NCBI GenBank assembly: GCA_026026165.1
Contig: JAPEUD010000051.1
Span: 124,001-188,000, forward strand
DNA: 64,000 bases
Direction: 5' to 3'
From: Sarea resinae
Lineage: Eukaryota
The position numbers and the translations under genes are program-made. This document shows positions 12,760 to 25,658 of the stretch, in pieces. The notes beneath the pieces are model-generated. The model saw nothing but the letters and a program-made list of their open reading frames with translations. It had not been told where the DNA came from and did no database searches. The number at the start of each line of letters is the position of its first letter. Within the stretch, counting starts at the first letter, position 1.

Positions 12760-14270
12760 AAATGGATGAACGAACGGACAGATGGACGGATGGATGGACG
12801 GATGGATGGACGGATGGATGGAGGGACAGATGGATGGACGACCGACCGACGGGGTCTGGGACGAGCACGCGGACTTGAAAGGAAGCTGCGCCAGCCTGAG
12901 AGCACTTATAAGCAACAAGGGAATCAAGCGAAGGACCACTGACTGGCTGGCTGATTGAGGGAGGGAGAGAGGGAGGGAGGGAGGAAGTGCTATATAAGTA
13001 GTCTAGCATAGTCTAGCATAGCAATAGCAATAGCATGGCTTAGCAGATCAATAGCAGAGCAGAGCAGAGCCAATATCCGCACCCAGTTCAGTTCACACAC
13101 TTCCCATGCCCCGCTCTCTCTCTTCATCATCCCGCTAGACCTTCTTCGCCGATCCCCCTTGATCCTTCCTTGCCCACTCTGCTAGTGCTACTGTTCCTGC
13201 TCCTGCCCCTGCTCCTGCTCCTGCTGCTCCAGTCCAGGTATTCTTCATTCCAGCTCAAGGCGAGGAAGCGTTTCCATGCTTCGGAGACGATATTGATATT
13301 GATATTGATGGACGATATTGATATAGACGTGGACATGGACATGGACTTGAGAAAAAGGAAGAAGAAGAAGAAGAAGAAGAAGAAGAAGAAGAAGAAGAAG
13401 AAGAAGAAGAAGAAGAAGGAAAAGGAAAATGACAAGGAAAAGAAACAAGGACGGGAAAAAGATCGTTATACTAGCGGCGGATGGGTGTGTACGTGTACGT
13501 GTGTGTGTGTGTATGTGGAGAGATATGTGGATGAGATATGCGGATGAGACAATGCTTGATGACGACTTTGAATAGGTGGAGAGAGAGAAAAAAAAAATGA
13601 GACTACCAAGAACAAACATGTCTCCTCACCAACTGTAAACAAGCAAATTAAACCTACTTTCTGATTCTCGCAGGGAGAGGAGGTGGAAGATGGGAGATGG
13701 GAAATGGGAAATGGGAAATGGGAACTGCCAAGTAGGGTAGGTTGAGAAAGTCGCGGATTTCTCACTCTTTTTTTTTTCACTCTCACTCACTCACTCACTC
13801 ACTCACTCACTCACTCACTCGGCAGCCCACACCCTTTCGAGCACGATGATGATGACGATGATGCTGTATCTAATTTCATTCATTTTCAACCCTACCTACC
13901 TACCTATCTGCCTGCCTGCCTGCATACCTATGCCACAAGATATGGTGGAAGAAAAGTGACCACGAAGGCGAAATGAAGATGATAACAACAACAACAGCAG
14001 CAGCAGCAGCAGCAACGACGACGACGACGATGACGAAGACAGTGGCACCAGGACTGGCAACGACGACAACGACGACAACGACGACGACAGTAGCACCAGG
14101 ACCGACCCATCCCATCCGAAAAGTACGCCAGTGTCAAGTAGAACCAATCTGCCAACGTCCTCTTTTTTCTTTCTTTTTTCCTTTGATCGGGCTGGGCGGG
14201 GCGGGGCGGAAATCCACTTCCCCTGCTTCCACGACCCGGCAACAAAGCAAAAAGAAAAAGAAAAGAAAGG
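12760..14270. repeat. Compound microsatellite / low-complexity tract between the convergent PHS1 and TAF14 genes
   Basis: (GGAT/GGAC)n ~12780-12840, (GAGG)n ~12957, (AGAGC)n ~13053, (GAA)20 at 13358-13417, (GT)n ~13500, (GGGAAAT)n ~13700, (TCAC)n ~13783-13820, (CTAC)/(CTGC)n ~13892, (ACA/GCA/ACG)n ~13985-14090. Confidence 0.9.
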
Positions 14271-14427
14271 AAAACGTATGCGTATCCTTAATCCGGTCTC
14301 CCGGTCACGTATTTCGTGGGATTTTGAAGCGGATTTGAAGTAGCCTTTTATGGCGACGAGGTCAAATGGAGGGAGGGAGGATAGAGCGCGAAAGTGGAAA
14401 GATTGCAGGGGTTCCCCCATCGGCCGG

Positions 14428-15779
14428 CTACATCTCGACTCTCGCAGACGTGAACTCCCAGAGCATCCGGATCAGGTGGTCGGGAAGCGTGTAGAGGTCC
14501 ACCTCGAATTGTCCCTCTGTTCGGATCCAATGGCACAGATAATTAGCCCTCTGTCTCTCTGCCTGCCTCCGTATCGGCAGGGCCGGCCGTGTATACTGCA
14601 TCTGAGATGAAAAGAGGGAAAAAATACGTACGCTCAACATCGTTCTTGGTGTACGTCTCGCTTGTCTTGTTATCGTGCACCATCTGCACCACCTGGAGTA
14701 GATCGTCTTCGCCCAGCTTCTGCAAGCCATCGGCTAGTCGTTCCATATCGACCTAAACCATTCCAATGCGATGTGTTATTAGCCACAGATGTCTAACTTA
14801 ATCGAGCTTTCAGAAGGCAGTGGAGAGAGATTCAACTCACGGCCTTATCAGCCTTCCTCTTCTTCTTGATCTGATCATCGTCATGCTTTCCGCCGCGCTT
14901 GGACTTTACCCCGTTCTCTTCGCCTGGTGCGGGACCAGACTCCTTGAGGAGGGCCACAACACCTGGCTTCGGGTTCTTGAACGTCTTGACAGTAGTACGA
15001 GGGCAAGGGTCAGATTCATATCCTTGAGATTTGATCCGGGAATTCTGGAACGTGAACTGAGCAGGTGAAGCTTACAATGTTGTGTTTGGCCTCGTACCGC
15101 GTGCTCTGGAAATTCAAGTCGTGGGCCAGAGTGAATTCGCCGCCCTTTTCTGGAGCCGTAAGGACAATCTGCATATCGAATTCTCCCCAACCTTCCTCTT
15201 CAATCCTGAATGGCGGCTTTCGAAAGGCTAAGCACCGTCTCCAAATCAGTCATGCTCTCCTCAGTAACGTACACTATACCCCCGCGCCGCGCCGCGCCCA
15301 CCCCCCAGCGGACATACGGCGCAAACAAGGAAGAAAATCACAGAACAACGTACTCTGTATGGCGCGCGCCTCAAAGGAAGGATGAAGTTTGTAGACCACC
15401 TTCTCGAAGATGTTGGCGGGGACGTCTTCGCCATGCTCGTTGAGGATGAATATCTCGATGCTCCAGCGGCGCATAGGGAACCCCTCGACAGCAGAGGGCT
15501 TATCGCTATTACAGAAAGCGGGTCAGCCATTGGACCTTTCAAGCCAAACGACCTTCATCGAATCCAGGATACGAATTGCGTCAAGAGAAGAGAGGTGAAG
15601 GAGGTTCTCTTCCCTTCTCTTCCCGCGGAAGGTGAAGGGCTCACATGGTCCTCTGTTCGGTCACAAACTTGACCGTCCGCTTGGCCTGGAGGAATGGGTA
15701 AGCAGTTAGCCACGTCGTCACCAATATCGCAGAGCCTTGCATCCAATCAAAAGGACGGGGAACTGCTTACGTCTGGCAT
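14428..15779 (-). CDS. TAF14: YEATS-domain transcription factor subunit Taf14/Tfg3, multi-intron
   Basis: MPD|AKRTVKFVTEQ, GFPMRRWSIEI, FEKVVYKLHPSF, PPFRIEEEGWGEFDM, and a C-terminal ET-like domain VDMERLADGLQKLGEDDLLQVVQMVHDNK…GEFEVDLYTLPD-like segment. Confidence 0.93.
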
Positions 15780-16477
15780 CTTGGATTCGATGCTTTTGGT
15801 GACGAAATTGGTGGTAATGAATGGTGTTGAGGTGCCGGCGCAAGCATTCACGTAGATGCGCAAGGTGGTTGGCGGGGTTGCAGTCGCGACTGGTGCAAGA
15901 CTGCGCTACGGTCTACTCTACGTCTACGTTTACCGCCTACCGCGCGCTGGGGCTACAAGCGTGACACGGCCTCTAACCAACTCTCATTGCCCTATCTCAT
16001 CCTAAAGCCGTCCGGTATGCAATCGATTTGCTCGAAACACGGTCTTTTACACGTGCCTGACTTTTCTAGAGAGGGGGAGGGGTTGTCATTTTTGAATTGC
16101 TCTATATACAAAGAGCATGATTGGATGGCATTTTCTATCGAATTATGTGAGAAATCTCTCGACCAAGCCTTGACTGCTCATCACTTTAGGTTGAGAAGCA
16201 AGGCAACACCCTTCAGGAGAGGTTTGGTTTGGCCGCTGACAGTGCTTGGGCAAGGGGAGGGCGTGTCGCTGAAGGCAGCTACACTTCTGGGGGGGAAAAG
16301 AGAGGATTGTTCGTGATGAAATTGAGTCAGACTAGACGGGGCTGTTCGTGCAGACATGTAAGAAGGGTGAAAGGAAGAACATCTCGCTTGCAAGGGGTTG
16401 AAGAAAAGGGGGACGCGAGCGGCGCTCTTGATTGACCATGTGCGAATGTATTAAAGGGTGAAAGCATCAGGCCACCT

Positions 16478-17440
16478 TTACTCCTTCGAGAAAAGGGCCT
16501 CGTTCTCCTGTTGTGCCTTGAGGAAAGCCTCTTTGAAGAGGTTCGCATCTGCGGGTACTGTTAGCTTCAAAAACATCTTACGAATGATGAGAATTTCGCA
16601 CTTTCGCTATTGCCGAAGCGGATGGCGAGGGTAGAGGCTTCGGGCTCGCCCTCACTGACATCGGCGGCGGCGTTCCAGACCCAGCTCCTATCGCTTCCAA
16701 CGTTTGGAGAAAGCTTCATGTCGGGCACAACTAGCGCAGGTCAGTATAAAACTAAGAGAAGCTCAACGCGTAGATGTAGCCTTACCGTAGTGATTGGCGC
16801 AGACCTTCAGAGTCTTGTCTCTCCTCATCACCAAACGGGTCTTGCCGTTCTCCTTGTGCTTCAACAGCCTCACATCACCAGTACCACGCTCTTTCCACTC
16901 GCGAGACTCGCGGTCAAATCTGAAGAGCTTGGCGCGCATCTTGAAAGTCTGCTCTTCCAACTCTTCATTCGTCTTGGTGTCCACCTTCTCGGTGAGATGA
17001 ACAACCGGCTTGAATTCGACTTCGGGAGATTCTGGTGCCTCCTCCTACGACCCGAGAACGTTAGCGATCGCAAAACAAAATAGCTTCTTGTGCCTTACGT
17101 CTTCCTCGGTAGCCTTCGGCTTCTTGGAAGAGCCAGATTCTTCCACCTCACCAGTCTGCTCCTCCTCCTCCTTCTTCTCTTTCTTAGCTCCGCCACCAAA
17201 CATGGAAAAGACATTGTCTTTCACACCAGCAGCCGCAGCAGCTGCAGTCGAGCCCGCGGTGGAAGCCATATCGGTCAGAGTAGTCTTCTCACCCTCCGCT
17301 GAGGTTTCGGCCTTATCAGTCGTGGACGTCTCTTGGGCGGGGTTTGTGGCGAGTTCGGTCTCCTTCTCGGCCAGCTTAGGTTCCAAAGAAGCGCTTTGCT
17401 CGGCAGCGGGGTCGAGCTTGGTGTCGGTGTTTTCAGCCAT
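16478..17440 (-). CDS. YRB1: Ran-binding protein 1 (RanBP1/Yrb1), 3 introns
   Basis: [71 protein letters not shown]. Confidence 0.95.
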
Positions 17441-18108
17441 GATTAAGTAGCTCGTTAAGCGAGTTGATGTGTCGAGATTATGAGTGAATGCGAAGTTGAC
17501 TTTGTCTCTGTGAAGTCAATTTTTGATGTGTGAAGGAGAGATGAAGGAGATGTGGGGGGGCAAACAGGCGTGTGTTGTTACCGTCCATCGAAAAATGATC
17601 TAACGCTTGGCGCCAAACTAGCGAGGGATCACGTAGCGGGGCACCATCTCAAGCTCAGACGACAGTGGTAAACAGACGCGACCCCTTTATCACTGACTAC
17701 TACCCACTCACGGTGACCATTACGAACCATCAGCTCGGCATAGAGAGACTGATGACCGCAGAGAGAGCATCCATGTTTGCGCATTGTTCGATGAAGAATT
17801 ACTTGTTGAGCATGGAGATTTGCCTGTATCACAGGCCCTTTCTATCGCATCACACTGAAATGACCAACGCCAGATCATACCTATCCCGACCTAGGGAATC
17901 CGGAGCCACCATAACGACCGACTAAGAATCATAAACCTGCCGAAGAGCCTAGGAAAAAGCATAGACCTAGTGACATCCCTAGACGAGCAAGCCTACTTTG
18001 ACCTAATACTCCGTGAATCAATTCGTAAAACCCACAAGGCGCCTTGCGATGCGCACTCCTCTTCCTGTAACCCTCCAGAGCAGTCTTTCGAACGCTGTAC
18101 CAAAGATT

Positions 18109-20571
18109 TCAGATGCGATGACTTTGCCATAATCTTGCAGCTCGCTGCTGCGCTCTGCCTAGAGGACCAGTCCTCTTCGGCCGCCATGACCTCGTAATAT
18201 CTCTTACTCGAGCAGAGTGGTAGGATTTCAAAATCCGGTGCCTCAATGCTATTGACATTTTATCTGCATACAGAAAGATATCCTCAGTCATGGCCGCGCT
18301 TCGATCGAACAACTCCCGCGAGAGTTTCCTGGCACATTGAGACGTTCCTTTGGTCATCTCGAGGCCCTTCTCGGCGAAACGTCGCGACTCCACCTCGAGC
18401 AGCTTTGCTTGGCTTCGAAGGTACTGAGCGCCTTCCGAAGCGTGAGCAATCCCACTTCGTAGGTCTGCGGCCATTTGATTGAGTACTATTTTGGCATCCG
18501 TCTGCGCAGACCGGATATCTTTCCAGATGTGTAATGACAGCTTCCGGGCAGCTCTTTGCCAACCAGCTACTTTTAGCCACGGTGAACCAAAATCCAGTTC
18601 AAACTTCTGCTCTGCAAAGGGCCTAGAGACGGGCAAACCGTTTGTATGAATAGACACGACGAGCTTTCCATACGCATCTTTTCTGTCGAGTCTCAAGGCG
18701 TAGACACCATCAAACATCTTCGAACAATCAATGTCGATGAATTTGCCATTGCGAGAGACCGAGATGTATAAATCTGGTTGTTTTCGGAGTGATATCCAGC
18801 GTTGAGGTGGTTTCAAAATCATATGAGAATCTCCGAGCTTATGCATCTGAAACTTATCGCTCTGTACAGACAGGGAAGAATCGAAGAACAAGCCTTCAAT
18901 GTCGGATTTGACCACTGTAGAAAGCCTTCCCTCTGGCTGAACAGACAGGCCGGAAGCTCGCGGAAGAGGACTAGTCAGATCAGATGTATGCGACATCGCA
19001 GAAGTAGAAGCCGTAATTATCCTTCCCGGTCCCTCACGCATTCCGAACCCTGTCTGTACCAACTTTTGATAGGTAGACATCGACACCATGAAGCCGCAAA
19101 GCAGAATCAGTCCTAGAATTACGAGGCCATTGATCCCCTTGGTCGTACTGCGAAGCTCCTTGAGGGTTGAAGTCAGATACTTGGAAGGCACAGACATCCT
19201 CCCGGCCATATCAGTATTCTGAAGAGACTGAGATATGTGAGATGCCTTCGGCTCAGACCAGCCTTCGGAGTCTCGATGATCATATAAGCCGGTAAGATAC
19301 GCAAGGTTCCTATTCATCTGGCCCGCATCGATATTCAAAAATGTCGAAAGATCGATCGGCAGCCTTCGGAGGACTCGGCCTTCTGACATATCCGAGCCAG
19401 GGGATTCAAGACACATATGGATGCTTGCATGATCCAACGAGAACCTGAGCGCGGGATGAGTATACAGAGCTTTCTGGGAGATGAAGATTGAGGGAATGGA
19501 ATGCCGAGCCATGAAAACACGGGCACGCTGTCGGTTCACTTTGGACTCAACGTCATCGCCGTCGGCACAGACAAAGATTGCAATGTGCGGTAACTTCCAG
19601 TCGACCGGGCTGTTAAAGCGGTAGGACCCATCACGGCATCGCGAGGTACATGCATGACGGCCGTTGAGGGATAGATCCATGGTTTCGTAGGAATCCGCAA
19701 TGTCGACCGAGGTGCACTCATCTACCACGAGCTCAATCCCAACGGAATCAATCAATTCCACTTCCGGTGTGCCGCCCCCAAATGATGAGACCGGAACCAC
19801 GTTGTATCTCGAAGATCGTGCCGAAGGGTATGAGTTGAAGCCCTGATCTACTGGTACTGCCATTGCAGCGCCGATCTTAGCAACGATGTCGTCTTTGAAC
19901 ATAGGGTGTCCAACGTAGACAACACGGAAAGGCTCCTTAACGACGAGGCCCCGCCTTGTCATTATCTGGCGGACGGTGGCAGTGAGCTGCGTGGGAGGTT
20001 GATCCGTACGAATGTGCTGGATAATCTCGGAGGTCTCTTGTTCACTGAATGTGCGGATGGTGTGCGTTACAGCAATATGTCCCTCGCCATTTCCTTGATG
20101 TGGTTCTTCGAATATGATCGATGGATCAGGTACAGACGATGTGCCTTTGACGGTGAGGGAGCTGTCTGTCCCTTCATCCTCGGCGAAGCTTTGCCTTAAT
20201 CTGTCTGGCATGGGAAGGACATGTGAGTCGGCCTGGCTGCTGTTAGAAGCAGTCTCTTGGCCGTCAGTGTCGTCCGACCCTACGATGCTCGCGACATCAT
20301 CTGGTCTAGGAGCTTCAACGGAAGCCAACGATTCTGTCGTGTCTTCATCCTCAGAGGTCAGGATCGCGGAGTCCCCCAGGATCTCATAGGCACTATCGCC
20401 CAGAGTGCTCGAATTATCGTCCGAGTTTGTGTCTAGATTCTCGGCCATCTTGCCAGCCCAAGGGTTTGCTAACAGCTGGGCCAGACGGTCGTTGATAGGA
20501 AGTGCCGGATACTGTAAGGCAACAGAGGTGGGCGGCGAGCCAGCAGTATCGTCTGAGTCGATGCTCTGCAT
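18109..20571 (-). CDS. Uncharacterised 820-aa single-pass membrane protein
   Basis: Uninterrupted 2.46-kb ORF. Acidic/Ser-rich N-terminus, alpha/beta-looking middle, one hydrophobic segment (GLVILGLILLCGFMVSM), then a beta-rich region and a helical C-terminus. Confidence 0.8.
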   Translation of the reverse strand: MQSIDSDDTAGSPPTSVALQYPALPINDRLAQLLANPWAGKMAENLDTNSDDNSSTLGDSAYEILGDSAILTSEDEDTTESLASVEAPRPDDVASIVGSDDTDGQETASNSSQADSHVLPMPDRLRQSFAEDEGTDSSLTVKGTSSVPDPSIIFEEPHQGNGEGHIAVTHTIRTFSEQETSEIIQHIRTDQPPTQLTATVRQIMTRRGLVVKEPFRVVYVGHPMFKDDIVAKIGAAMAVPVDQGFNSYPSARSSRYNVVPVSSFGGGTPEVELIDSVGIELVVDECTSVDIADSYETMDLSLNGRHACTSRCRDGSYRFNSPVDWKLPHIAIFVCADGDDVESKVNRQRARVFMARHSIPSIFISQKALYTHPALRFSLDHASIHMCLESPGSDMSEGRVLRRLPIDLSTFLNIDAGQMNRNLAYLTGLYDHRDSEGWSEPKASHISQSLQNTDMAGRMSVPSKYLTSTLKELRSTTKGINGLVILGLILLCGFMVSMSTYQKLVQTGFGMREGPGRIITASTSAMSHTSDLTSPLPRASGLSVQPEGRLSTVVKSDIEGLFFDSSLSVQSDKFQMHKLGDSHMILKPPQRWISLRKQPDLYISVSRNGKFIDIDCSKMFDGVYALRLDRKDAYGKLVVSIHTNGLPVSRPFAEQKFELDFGSPWLKVAGWQRAARKLSLHIWKDIRSAQTDAKIVLNQMAADLRSGIAHASEGAQYLRSQAKLLEVESRRFAEKGLEMTKGTSQCARKLSRELFDRSAAMTEDIFLYADKMSIALRHRILKSYHSARVRDITRSWRPKRTGPLGRAQQRAARLWQSHRI

Positions 20572-22189
20572 TCGATCGGTCGTCAGACGTTAGCCGTAGT
20601 GTGGAGAAGAGAACGAGGTCATGAAGGCTGGAGTAGTAGCTGGGTCGGGTGGAAAGGGCGAAGAGATGAAGAGGAGGATGGAGATGGAGAGACCTTTGAG
20701 ATAGATAGATAGATAGGTAAGTAGGTATTGAATATCGAGGACGAGTAAATGGGTCGGTAGTCTAAGTGACTTGAGTTGAGTCAGGCTAGGTAGTAGGTAA
20801 GTCAGGTAAGGTAGGCAAGGTACACATGGATACAGCAGTGTTGCCTAGAATAGGCAAGGTAGTGGAGAGATGGTATGTATTCGTACCAGCGCTGTTCACT
20901 TCACTTGAGACTCAGACCGGGCGGGCTATGTCGGCAGTCTTCCAAGTTGGAAGTAGATCGTGGCCAAAGGGACGCAACTCAGTGGATCAACGTTGTAAGA
21001 TGTAACTTGTCAGAGAGGAGAGGAAGGCCGTCGCAGCTCGAAAGCTTAAGTACTCGACGCCCTGTCCGGCACCTGCTTCTGCCTCTGTTTCTGCAGCTGC
21101 TTCTACTTCTGCTCCACGATGAACGGAAAGGCGAAGCGGAAGAGCGAGACGATCAGATGGTAAGAGATGGGTAGAAGATGGGGCAGATGGTCGGAATGAA
21201 TGATATGATAGATGCGTGTTATCGCGGGGGGGGTGGACGGAGAGGGGCACTAACAGCTGGTATCGCTGGTATCGCTGGTATCGCTGGTGTCATGGGTATC
21301 GACCCCGAGGGGGTCTCTTCTACTCGGAGTACTACGTCGTGACTTGATCTCCCTTCCCGTTCCGTCAGGTCGCCAGGTAGCCTGGAGGTAGCCAACGGTA
21401 GCTCTCTTGGTATCCCAAGTAGTAGTCATCCGCATTCGATAAGGCCACGCAGCCATGGCCCATCGGACACCAACTGTCGCTGGCTGACGTATCTGCTCTA
21501 GGTCTCAATTGACAAGTTGACATCCAATACGCCCCACCAAGGTTCTGTTTCTCTCTCTCTCTCTCCCCCTCCTCTCTCCCCTCGAGCTGCTGCATTCGAT
21601 ACCAAGGCCACTAGCCATGGACGTAGTGGATTCTGAACCTCACCGGGTCCTTTCTCAGATCAACTCAAGTAAATAATCCACTCGGAGAACGCTAAAATGC
21701 CTAATGTACATGCACTGCTCGTAGTCCTCTGCAGACCCAATGACCAGTCTCTACCATCGTGAGTCCGTGACCCATACCTAACATTAAGTATGCCAAAACC
21801 ATAGAATCCTCTCATAGTCAGCCTTTGAACCGTCCTCCCCTCTTTCCGGTGCGTTGCCGCGCTTGCTCAAAGTCGCAAAGTACCTGGAAGCTGGTGAGAC
21901 TCCGTCACCGTAGCCATGACTTCTCCACCGCTGGCAAGTCGAAGAAGGCGTTGCCGCGTTTGCTCGCCACTAAGGCTTCCTGGAAGGTGGAATAAGCGTC
22001 GAACGGCAAAGAAGCGAAGTAGCCGCAGGCGTCGTTTCAGCTCGCATCAGTGTCGCTGACGGGACAAGACACAGGCTGGGAAGGAGCGAAGCCACGTCTC
22101 GACCGAAGCGCTTTGTTCCTCGACCCAATGGGAGTACAAGAGAGAATATTCTAACGTGAAAAGAAACGAAATAAAAGCAATGCTAGACT

Positions 22190-23921
22190 TTATGGAGACG
22201 CCCAACCGCCCGCCACCTGAACCCACTGGGCAAGACAGCTCCCCTGCTTGCCTTCTACATCAACAATGTCCGTATCACATTTGCACCGACATCCAACGCC
22301 GTTTTCCTTCTCCGAGTCCCATGTTTCCCAGTAATCGTCCTCCTCTTTTCTCTTCTTCTCGTCCGTGGTCGTCTTTTCGAGAAATGGCGTCCTCGCGAGT
22401 TGACGAGCTGGGGCATTTGCAGGACAATGCTGAATAGTGGTATGCCGATAGCCGAAATCTCGGAAATAGTGGATATCCTTGGGTGAAAGTAAAGCACCTG
22501 CAGCGAGAGAATGGATTGGAGCATCACCCCACTGGTAGCAGCATTAGATTTTGTCAGGACAGGACCAAATGGCTGCACTTACCCTTTCCATCCAGAAGCC
22601 ACCGCTTCGATCCATCATATTGAAGAACTCTTCATATTCCTTACTTCGAAACCAGTCCAATTTGGCAATTTCAAAATTACTCCAAAAATGGCACATGTTG
22701 TACTTCTCCCCCTCCATTGTGTCTGGATCCACTTCCGGCACTGAAGCAGTGCCCGGCTCATTGCGAAGGATATCTTCAGGCAGAGGCGGCTTGTATTTGG
22801 GATCTTCCTTGGGGACTGGCTTCGTATCGTCCGGCGGTTCTTCCACAAACATTTCCCACAATCCCTTCGATGTGATGTTATTGACCCTCTTGTAGGCAGA
22901 AGCATAACGGAAGATATTTGGAACCGTCTCCTTCAGCTCCTTTACGGCAATAGTGAAGCCGTACGTTTTGTTGGCACGGGCCATGTGGACAAAGGGGTCG
23001 CTAGCAGACAGTCAGCATCATAAGTGGCTTAGAGGAACAGTGAAACTTACTAGGTGATGTCACAGAAGTATTTGATCTCTGGCTCTAGTCGCCAGTACCA
23101 TTCATACTTCTGCAAGAGTTCGTGCTTGTAGAAGAAGCTGAGCTAGTATTAGCATGGGCGTGACAGTTAATCTATTCCGGCCTTTACATACCCCGAGTAG
23201 AATCTGCACATATGATGGTAGCTCTCCATGCCACCATACATGATGGCAGCATCTCCTTGTTTAGCTATCCCTTCCTTCGCAACTTTGCTGTCAACCCAGT
23301 CCGGATAGCCCCACATGCTTGGATCTATCTTGCCAAACTCTGACGGTGCGCTCGTGTAATTGGTGATGGTTTCGATGAAGGTCGAATTGAAGTCCCCATC
23401 ATTGAGGAAGACGTAAGGGTAATGGAACCATCTATTGAAGTGCCTCTCTATTGATTTGACGGACTGGATCACTCCGTCTAGTTCCTTGTTCCTCGCTAGG
23501 ACTACAAACACGGCATTCGCCCGAGGGAGATTGGTCTGCGGCTCCAGGCAGCCCGTAACAAACACTTTGTCGTGCTCCTCGCTGATTTTTCTGCAAATCC
23601 AAGAACGTTAGGATATTCAAGACGATAGATTCGAAGATCACCTTACCTGATGGAGGGAGGCGCGCCGGAGGGCATCAGCATGCGACCGGGAGATGAGGGG
23701 TGTCGTACAAAGAGGACGAGAATCAGGATTAGAACGATGCATGGGAAGAGCAAGACCACACCGAGTGGTATCGAGATGGAAGAGTTGCCCTTTAGGCGTA
23801 TCCGACGCCGGAAAAAGGCCAGTCTCGGTGATAATCGATCTTTTTCTCGCGAGATGTCATCGAGTGAGGGAAGTAGAGGCACAGACGGAATCCGCTTGGT
23901 GATGTTCTGTATAAAGCCCAT
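22190..23921 (-). CDS. GT15 (KRE2/KTR family) alpha-1,2-mannosyltransferase, multi-intron
   Basis: N-terminal TM anchor, NAVFVVLARN, YPYVFLND, SYHHMCRFYSG, YYWRLEP, CHFWSNFEI, GGFWMER|WGDAPIHSLA. Confidence 0.93.
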
Positions 23922-25658
23922 CGGTGACAACAGGTGACGCCGGCCGCGTCAACCGATCCAGCTCGAGATAGCCAACGTCACTGCCGCGGCCCGCCACTTG
24001 GTCGAGCGGGAAGAGAGCCCAATCAAGGGATCACCGTCGCCAGGAGGAGCCGTCTCACGGGCCCGACGATGGTTCTCGAGAAGGTTTGCCGATTGCTTCG
24101 CCGGGACGGGGGCTTGTCCGCACGCTCTCTTGCACAGGCAGACACGGGTAACGAACGGCTGGAGAAGTCCTCCTACGAGAGGACAGAGTCGTTATAATCG
24201 TGGAGTGGATTGCTTTGAGGGCCGACACATGCAGATCAGAAGACGCAGGCTGTTGCGAGGAGGAGAGGGTCGCGCCGATTGATGCCACGAGGTGATGGGA
24301 AAGTTTGGCAGAGCTAGCAACGAAACGGGCAGAGAGAATCGGACATGGTAGCAGACGAACGAGAACAAGAGGCGATAGGAGAGATTTGGTAGAGGGCGCC
24401 CTTTACGAAGTACTGCGAGACGGCCGACAGTAGCAGAAGATACATGCAGCACTAGTAGGTGCGAGGTATACTGGCCCGTGTAGATTGGATCAGGGATCAC
24501 AGCCGACAACGAGAGCGACTTGGAAGGGCACGACGGGCAGAGATACTTGGCCGGACGGCTAGCTCAGGGCCACTCGCGAAGTAGCTGGCGACATGGCTGT
24601 TCTGGCCTGCTCGCCGTTTTCTCTCACGGGAGCAATCCTATTCGGACGACGCTACTCGAAGCTACCTGCCACTCTCGTACCTGCCATGCCGATTTACGAC
24701 GTCCTCCGACCGCATATCAACCTTGCCTCAGATACTCGACCTCCATGTACTCGTACCCGAGACGTATCCCCATCCCCAGACTGGAGAAGAGTGGGAGAGC
24801 CCTGGAGATGAGGTACCTCCATACCTACCTACCTACCTTACCTACGGGGACGCGGTCATGCAGAGGATCGGGGGAAGCAGAGATGATGGAAGATGGTTCG
24901 TGAGGAGGTTCAGGAACACTGTGGGCTTAATAATCGATGATCACAAGGTAAGCTGGGCGACGGGACCGCCATCCCTAGATCGATCCATCGATCATCTCCG
25001 CTTCACGAGAGCCAAGAAAGGGGGAAATAATAGATCAAAAGCCGTTCAAGCATTCTGGCCTTTTGGTCCTTTGGCAGACGGTCGCCTGTGCCAAGCGCCA
25101 AGAGCCACGAGCCAAGGCGCTACTCTCGAACGATAGTAGCCGCAATTTGGGTACGACGACTGAAAGCGCTCTCCAGGGCTGTCCGATGGATGCCATGTAC
25201 CGTAGGCCACTACTGTACTACCGCGCAGTACTACGTACTTCATACCATACCTTACCTTACCTTAGGTACTTGAGTACCTGACTCTACAGAGTGTCAGATA
25301 CTGAAACCAAGTACATCAGTAAATCGCACGCACAACCTTCGATTGTCATCAAAAATCCAAATGTTTTATGCTTGATTGGAGCTTATGTAGGTCTCGAACT
25401 CCCATGCTCGTCGATCATTGAAGTGTGGTGGCTCTGGTCGACATCGTCATCACGGTTTTGATACACCATTGAATGCCTCTGAGGGCCATCACTCGTCTAT
25501 CGAATTTGCCTGCCCTTTCCAGGACTCCGTCAGGACTCTGTATATTTGAGTCATCATACTTTTTTTGGGTTGTGCTGTTGTGTAACTGAGTTGGCTCCGT
25601 GCCTTTTACATCTGTTGCCTTCATCTTTGTTCATTATATTCGGCACTGAAAGCTCGAG

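Noticed and set aside
13127..14420. Poly-K/F/L/T/C ORFs in the ORF track
   Set aside because: These are artefacts of stop-free microsatellites.
21256..21291. 9-bp tandem repeat (GCTGGTATC)x4 as an array
   Set aside because: A simple minisatellite with no spacers and no associated genes.
25330..25560. tRNA B-box-like GGAGTTCGAGAC, box C-like ATGATGA and RNase P/MRP-like words
   Set aside because: No cloverleaf, and no convincing guide or P4 pairing by eye. An Rfam/Infernal scan would settle it.
25595..25620. GCCTTTTAC matching U5 snRNA loop 1
   Set aside because: The flanks do not form the enclosing stem and I see no Sm site downstream.
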